The position numbers and the translations under genes were made by a program. From IMG/VR virus record IMGVR_UViG_3300050821_004478: a stretch of DNA of 64,000 nt, one strand, 5' to 3'. The stretch's first letter is position 1, and each line of letters starts with the position of its first letter. Of the stretch, positions 59,758 to 64,000 are shown piece by piece. This stretch comes from a virus. The notes below the pieces were generated by a model, which worked only from the letters and a program-made list of their open reading frames with translations, had not been told where the DNA came from and did not search any database.

Positions 59758-60672
59758 TTAACTCATCATATGCTTGTCAGCCTGATTGCTGCTCTCGTGG
59801 AGAAGCGCCTTCGCGTAAAGACTTCCGCTGGGACGCTTGAATACCCCGACGACGCCGCCCGGTGTAACCTTAACTAAGTTGTGGTCTCCGTGAAGCAGGT
59901 GACTAACTTGATGAATTGTAGAGCTATGAACGAATGAGATTGTGGGACGGCCAGTCTTCTCGCCCTCTGAGATCACCATCTTGATCTCGGGGTTCGTTCT
60001 GGCTCTAAAATCGTTGATGCGCTCACCGCCCGGAATCTTTTCATCCGGGTTCTTCTGATAGTGCATAATTGCTTTCATGTTCTCAGGCGTCTTGTGCTGC
60101 CCTGCGTAGTTGCCGACATTTAAGGCATCGAAATTTTTGATGACCTTCGTCTTGCCGGGTCCGATAGTTATATCGGCCATCTCGCCAGTGCGATTCTTCG
60201 AACTTCTGTAAGAAGCACCGAGGGGTTTGTCACCCAAATAGCCTGCAAGAAATCGGCGGACGTCCAAACCTTGTTGACGGCCAACGCTATCCAAAGGAAA
60301 ATTCATAGGCCCACGGAAGAGTTTTTCTTTATTTGCTTCCGTCTGGCCGTGGCGCACAAAGAGCGCGAGCAATTTATCGCCTTGCGGTTCGATCTGTGTT
60401 AGCTTCTTCAATGGCTCTACGAACTCACAGCACTGATGCGGTGCGTCGGTGATGATCGCGAGGCCCTTCTCGTCGTGCTGGACTTCTGGGTCCGCCATCA
60501 TGACTTCCTGATTACAGCGGTTACCGGTCTGATTCAGATACTCACAATTGGCGCAGGAGTATGGACCGTTAGAGGCAAACCCCGCTAGTTTAGTGCTGTC
60601 CGGCCACATCGGGCCGACCTTAGCAATCAAAGCCCGGAGTCCGTCTATGATCGACGGCCAGTCCTTACTCAT
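59758..60672 (-). CDS. histidine phosphatase (PGAM-like) family protein with an N-terminal Cys-containing domain
   Basis: LFVRHGQTEANKEKLFRG is the RHG motif. The start was chosen at ATG 60672, overlapping the upstream stop. Confidence 0.7.
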   Translation of the reverse strand: MSKDWPSIIDGLRALIAKVGPMWPDSTKLAGFASNGPYSCANCEYLNQTGNRCNQEVMMADPEVQHDEKGLAIITDAPHQCCEFVEPLKKLTQIEPQGDKLLALFVRHGQTEANKEKLFRGPMNFPLDSVGRQQGLDVRRFLAGYLGDKPLGASYRSSKNRTGEMADITIGPGKTKVIKNFDALNVGNYAGQHKTPENMKAIMHYQKNPDEKIPGGERINDFRARTNPEIKMVISEGEKTGRPTISFVHSSTIHQVSHLLHGDHNLVKVTPGGVVGVFKRPSGSLYAKALLHESSNQADKHMMS

Positions 60673-60868
60673 TCTTTCTCGCCTCGCGAGCGTGCGTATA
60701 TGATGACTTTTTAACATGCTCCGGTAAACCCTTCTCGGGAGTCGAAGCAAAATCGTGGAGTTGTTTGTGCGTCATGTCCGCGAGGCCCTTGTTCTTCTCG
60801 TTCAGGTCTTCGGGATGGTGCTCCGCAATTGCCATCGCGATACGCTGTGCTTTTGATTCGGCTGGCAT
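60665..60868 (-). CDS. DUF3008-like small protein
   Basis: SKAQRIAMAIAEHHPE ... MTHKQLHDFASTPEKGLP. Confidence 0.55.
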   Translation of the reverse strand: MPAESKAQRIAMAIAEHHPEDLNEKNKGLADMTHKQLHDFASTPEKGLPEHVKKSSYTHAREARKNE

Positions 60869-61140
60869 TATTTAATCCAGTGAAAATACTGCGCGACCTG
60901 ATGAATGCCACCTACAACCGGAAGGACGCAGATGGCTTGAATCTTCTGCCAAAGGCGAGTACTCTTCGCGTCATCTTCCAAGGATTTAACCTTGGTTTTT
61001 ATCACGCCGCGAAACTCTCGAAAATCACCGTGGTATGTTTCCACAACCTTGGTCAGTTCTGTGATCGCTCTCAATACTTCTGCGTTATCATCAGTCATAA
61101 AATTTGTCGGGACTATGACTCGACGTGTTGGGGATTTCAC
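60868..61140 (-). CDS. hypothetical protein (90 aa)
   Basis: TAATG junction with the downstream gene. Confidence 0.45.
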   Translation of the reverse strand: MKSPTRRVIVPTNFMTDDNAEVLRAITELTKVVETYHGDFREFRGVIKTKVKSLEDDAKSTRLWQKIQAICVLPVVGGIHQVAQYFHWIK

Positions 61141-61186
61141 CCGGGTGCCCGTGGTGGTCGCGTTTGTGTTTGCGTCCCAGCCAAGC

Positions 61187-61218
61187 GGGGAAAAGAAGGG
61201 GGCGATTTCATCACCCCC
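61187..61218 (-). terminator. rho-independent terminator
   Basis: On the minus strand, GGGGGUGA-ugaaa-UCGCCCCC is followed by UUCUUUUCC. Confidence 0.75.
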
Positions 61219-61225
61219 TAAGTTT

Positions 61226-61834
61226 TTACGACTCGATGGTGAACTCGTTCAACTGCGCCTTGTTCGTTGCGTCCGTGGTTCCGAACGTTACGCCAACGAC
61301 GAAGCCGAGAACCGCGCCCTGTTGAAGCAAGGGGTTGCCCGCGTTGAAGTCCAAACCAGATGTGATGGCACTCAATACGGCTGGGGTAGAGTTAAGTCCA
61401 ATACGAGTCTGTGACTTGTAAGAACCAACCAACAATCCATTTGCGCCAGCGATTGAAGCACCTACTAGATCAACTTCAAGCGACCAAGGCTCGACTGTGA
61501 AGAACGGAACAATCGCCGGGGTGGTTGCAATCGAGGTGTAGACCGGACTGGTCAAAGAGCCAGTCACAGCATACACTTGAACTGTTATGGTACCTGACGG
61601 GTCGCCGCTGTCGCTGCCTAGAGAACCAGCCGCGATAATGGTAAAGTCCTGACCGTTGAATACGTTCTGCGCCGGAAGAAACAGAGCGCCAACCGCGCTA
61701 GTTGCAGACGGTGTTGACGGTGCTACTCCGATGGACGGACCAAGTGGGCGGGGGAAATACTTGACAGTTGTGCCAAGACCTCCTACCTTAGACCCGAATT
61801 GCCCGTTTACTCCAAAATCCAATACGTTGCTCAT
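61226..61834 (-). CDS. beta-rich hypothetical protein (possibly virion-associated)
   Basis: 202 aa, G/S/T/V/A-rich, followed by a strong terminator. Confidence 0.5.
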   Translation of the reverse strand: MSNVLDFGVNGQFGSKVGGLGTTVKYFPRPLGPSIGVAPSTPSATSAVGALFLPAQNVFNGQDFTIIAAGSLGSDSGDPSGTITVQVYAVTGSLTSPVYTSIATTPAIVPFFTVEPWSLEVDLVGASIAGANGLLVGSYKSQTRIGLNSTPAVLSAITSGLDFNAGNPLLQQGAVLGFVVGVTFGTTDATNKAQLNEFTIES

Positions 61835-61930
61835 TGTGTTTTCCTTTTAGTGTACGCCAACGCGACGGGAGCACCGCCATGAAGACGCTGTTATGGGAAC
61901 CGCCCTTACTGAGACGGATTGCCAAAATTT

Positions 61931-62314
61931 TTAAACGAAGTTGATTGTAACCACGGTTGAACTCGACGGTGCTGTTACGCCCGCTGTTCCACCTGTGGTA
62001 ACTGCGGCTGCGCTAAGCGCGGTGCCGAAAGTCTTACCCAAGCCTGCTCCGGTATAAAGAACGTGCGTCACAACAACGCCTGCCGGAACATAGATGACCT
62101 CATCTGGCACTGTGGTGCCAAGCACAACTGAGCCGGAAGCCAAGTTGAACAACTTGACATAGGTCGCTGCGCCGCCGTTCGCTGAGTTATCGATGATGAT
62201 GGAAAAAACTTTTGCAGATGAAGCCTTGATGCCCTCTACAGTGGACCCCATCGCGGTAGACGTATATACGATCTCATTTGCTGGAGACGGTATATTTACT
62301 ATTGAAATCGCCAT
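61931..62314 (-). CDS. beta-rich hypothetical protein
   Basis: 127 aa, A/G/T/V-rich. Confidence 0.5.
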   Translation of the reverse strand: MAISIVNIPSPANEIVYTSTAMGSTVEGIKASSAKVFSIIIDNSANGGAATYVKLFNLASGSVVLGTTVPDEVIYVPAGVVVTHVLYTGAGLGKTFGTALSAAAVTTGGTAGVTAPSSSTVVTINFV

Positions 62315-62607
62315 TAGAAGTTACCTGCCTGAGGAACGACATTCGATGCGTTCAGCGCTGTTGGATTCAGATTAATATTTGCATATGTGGAAGAGCCGTC
62401 TGCGATGACTTGAACCAGATGATAATAAACGGAGGCAGAAATCGTTGCTCTTATGATGTAGGTACCTGCCACAAGACTCGCGAACGAGTAATTGCCGGAA
62501 CCATCGACCGTAGCAAAGATGATTACGTTGGTGAGAACATTCAGACACTGTACTTGTGCAGCGGAGAAAGCTGCGCCGCCGACGTTACCAGTAATCGTAC
62601 TTGCCAT
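62314..62607 (-). CDS. carboxypeptidase-regulatory-like (CarboxypepD_reg) domain protein
   Basis: ITGNVGG..AQVQ...TVDGSGNYSFASLVAGTYIIRA pattern. ATG 62607 lies 7 nt after GGAG. Confidence 0.45.
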   Translation of the reverse strand: MASTITGNVGGAAFSAAQVQCLNVLTNVIIFATVDGSGNYSFASLVAGTYIIRATISASVYYHLVQVIADGSSTYANINLNPTALNASNVVPQAGNF

Positions 62608-62724
62608 TCTTATCTCCACACCCAGCCACATGCTGGACAAACTTTTATCTCTCCCGAATTCTTTCGAAGTAGGAGTTTACAAACAGCACAAAGACGCGTC
62701 CACACGAAACCTCCGTGCAGCTAA

Positions 62725-63108
62725 TTAACTGCCGTGAGCTACTCCCAAAAAGTCTAGCCAGTAGGAAGCGTTGCCACCGAGGTTGATAACTTGGAGAATG
62801 TCAAGACTGGAGGGATTCGCGAATGCGTCAGCGAAGTAATGCGCTGTGGTATCACCTGAGGAAAGATGTGTCTCATATTGAGCGATTCTTGTAGCACCTG
62901 CGCCGCCGTCAAACGTTGTAGCATTAACGGCTGGATTATGAACTGCGCCCGCGCTATCGACGTTGAGTACAATTAAACCATCCGACACAATCTGAATCAA
63001 ATCAAGATTCTGGCTAGCAACGCCATTAGGCGTAACTTGAGGGAACGCGGTAGCAACCGATGCTCCGGGCTGCGCTGCGATCAATGCTGTGGTTGTTGCT
63101 GCGGCCAT
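62725..63108 (-). CDS. beta-rich hypothetical protein
   Basis: 127 aa; GGAGA RBS; first CDS after the tRNA array. Confidence 0.5.
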   Translation of the reverse strand: MAAATTTALIAAQPGASVATAFPQVTPNGVASQNLDLIQIVSDGLIVLNVDSAGAVHNPAVNATTFDGGAGATRIAQYETHLSSGDTTAHYFADAFANPSSLDILQVINLGGNASYWLDFLGVAHGS

Positions 63109-63129
63109 GTTGTCTCCATATTACTAAAA

Positions 63130-63204
63130 TGGTTGCCTGATTTGGATTCGGACCAAAACTTCCGCTTTCAGAGAGCGGCGTGCTACCGGTTGCACTATCT
63201 GGCA
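63130..63204 (-). tRNA. tRNA-Gln(CUG)
   Basis: Manual cloverleaf of 7/4/5/5 bp with anticodon loop CUCUGAA and an encoded CCA. There is one A:A mismatch at 5:68, and the T-loop is UCCGAAU. Confidence 0.7.
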
Positions 63205-63302
63205 ATTGAAATAAAAGTCGTCCCTACTAAGGCGATGGGGTCCTTTTCCTCCGAGGTCACATCGCGCTGCTTCCTCAAAGTACCAGACCGACGACCCGAG
63301 AT

Positions 63303-63377
63303 TGGTTGCTCATGAAGGACTCGAACCTTCATCTTCGGATTCAAAGTCCGAGGTCCTCCCAATTAGACGAGAGAGCA
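63303..63377 (-). tRNA. tRNA-Gln(UUG)
   Basis: Anticodon loop CUUUGAA, T arm GAAGG-UUCGAGU-CCUUC, CCA encoded. Acceptor pairs 6:67 and 7:66 are mismatched. Confidence 0.6.
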
Positions 63378-63385
63378 ATAGAAAC

Positions 63386-63459
63386 TGGTCCCGAGCCACC
63401 GAGTCGAGCGGTGTCTTCTCCGTCTTCAGCGGAGGGTGCAACCCTTACACCTGCAGGGG
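63386..63459 (-). tRNA. tRNA-Phe(GAA)-like
   Basis: The D, anticodon (CUGAAGA) and T arms fold, and CCA is encoded. Acceptor pairs 4:69 and 5:68 are mismatched, and the T-loop is CUCGACU. Confidence 0.5.
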
Positions 63460-63460
63460 A

Positions 63461-63646
63461 TTAAATAAGTTCAATAGTAAATGCGTGTGGGTTTGAGAAC
63501 TCACCATACTTACAGGTGACTTTCAGTTTTCCCAAATCAAACTGTGTGAACGTAAACTCATGAGGCAGCAAGTTATGAGAAATGAATTGTTGTTTCAGTT
63601 CTCGAATCAATGAGACGTCGATTTTATCTGCCTGCTCTTGAGTCAT
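63461..63646 (-). CDS. hypothetical protein (61 aa) embedded in the tRNA array
   Basis: ATG 63646 follows GAAGGAA. The longer track ORF would run through tRNA-Ser. Confidence 0.4.
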   Translation of the reverse strand: MTQEQADKIDVSLIRELKQQFISHNLLPHEFTFTQFDLGKLKVTCKYGEFSNPHAFTIELI

Positions 63647-63661
63647 TGTTGTTCCTTCAAA

Positions 63662-63748
63662 TGGCGGAGAGCCAAGGAGTCGAACCCTGTCACGCGTGAG
63701 CGTGTCTCTGTTTTCAAGACAGTTAAGCACCGTTGCTAGCTGCCCTCC
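63662..63748 (-). tRNA. tRNA-Ser(UGA)
   Basis: Type II tRNA with a 17-nt variable arm (CACGC-ucac-GCGUG), anticodon loop CUUGAAA, G73 and CCA. Confidence 0.8.
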
Positions 63749-63891
63749 GTAAAATTTGCCCGTTACAGATGAGTCCTCCTCGTGAAGGTCATCACCCTAA
63801 GCTCCCACGGGTCCGAGGCATGATCGCGTCGCCCGGGTAACGTCCTTCTAGTCCGGCAGCACCACGCGATGGAACAACATCAAGATTAAAT

Positions 63892-63977
63892 TGGCGGAAC
63901 GAGAAGGAGTCGAACCTTCACGACCTCTCGGTCGCAAGTTTAGCAAACTTGTCCGGCTACCGTTTCGGCACCGTTCC
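63892..63977 (-). tRNA. tRNA-Ser(GCU)
   Basis: Type II tRNA with variable arm CGACC-gaga-GGUCG, anticodon loop UUGCUAA, T arm GAAGG-UUCGACU-CCUUC, G73 and CCA. Confidence 0.85.
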
Positions 63978-64000
63978 ATGTCAACTTATAGATTGACAAA

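Noticed and set aside
63205-63302. A sixth tRNA between the two tRNA-Gln genes (GUCGUC ... GACGAC could form an acceptor-like helix).
   Set aside because: There is no T-loop (GTTCRANYC-like) or anticodon arm of proper geometry, and no CCA. The 81-nt fold is not a cloverleaf.

Overview
The window reads as one contiguous piece of a tailed-phage or prophage genome (about 50-55% GC by eye), arranged as two convergent arms that meet near 21.5 kb. Everything below comes from reading the ORF track and the DNA by eye; no homology or covariance search was run.

Plus arm (1-21483):
- A helicase C-terminus and a PD-(D/E)XK nuclease.
- A tightly coupled glycosyltransferase operon (GT2-like, DHH phosphoesterase, GT31, GT6, GT11, a three-domain GT6+GT32+GT2 enzyme, and a 4,6-dehydratase).
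- A lysis region (GH108 endolysin, a holin candidate, and a secreted mucin-like protein).
- Many small coupled ORFs, a SprT-like lipoprotein, a tyrosine integrase and more small ORFs.

Minus arm (64000 down to 21522):
- A tRNA array (2 Gln, Phe-like, 2 Ser) and small beta-rich proteins.
- Histidine phosphatase, terminase large subunit, portal, scaffold and major capsid protein.
- A block of fiber/tail proteins, including a collagen-like protein.
- A T7-like ejectosome series of 137, 243, 748 and 1972 aa, then a final GT-like gene.
- Six free-standing nuclease genes (2 GIY-YIG, 2 endonuclease-VII type, 2 HNH) are interspersed in this arm.

Most unusual signals:
1. Two tandem ~200-nt RNA-like elements between the capsid gene and a GIY-YIG gene. 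They have many covarying helices, and GNRA/UUCG loops only on the transcribed strand.
2. A conserved promoter-plus-leader hairpin cassette shared by two unrelated nuclease genes.
3. A phage-borne glycosyltransferase set that resembles an ABH blood-group-type glycan pathway, with a mucin-like secreted protein nearby.
4. A ~60-aa GF(T/A)NxGNNG domain inserted in three different virion proteins.
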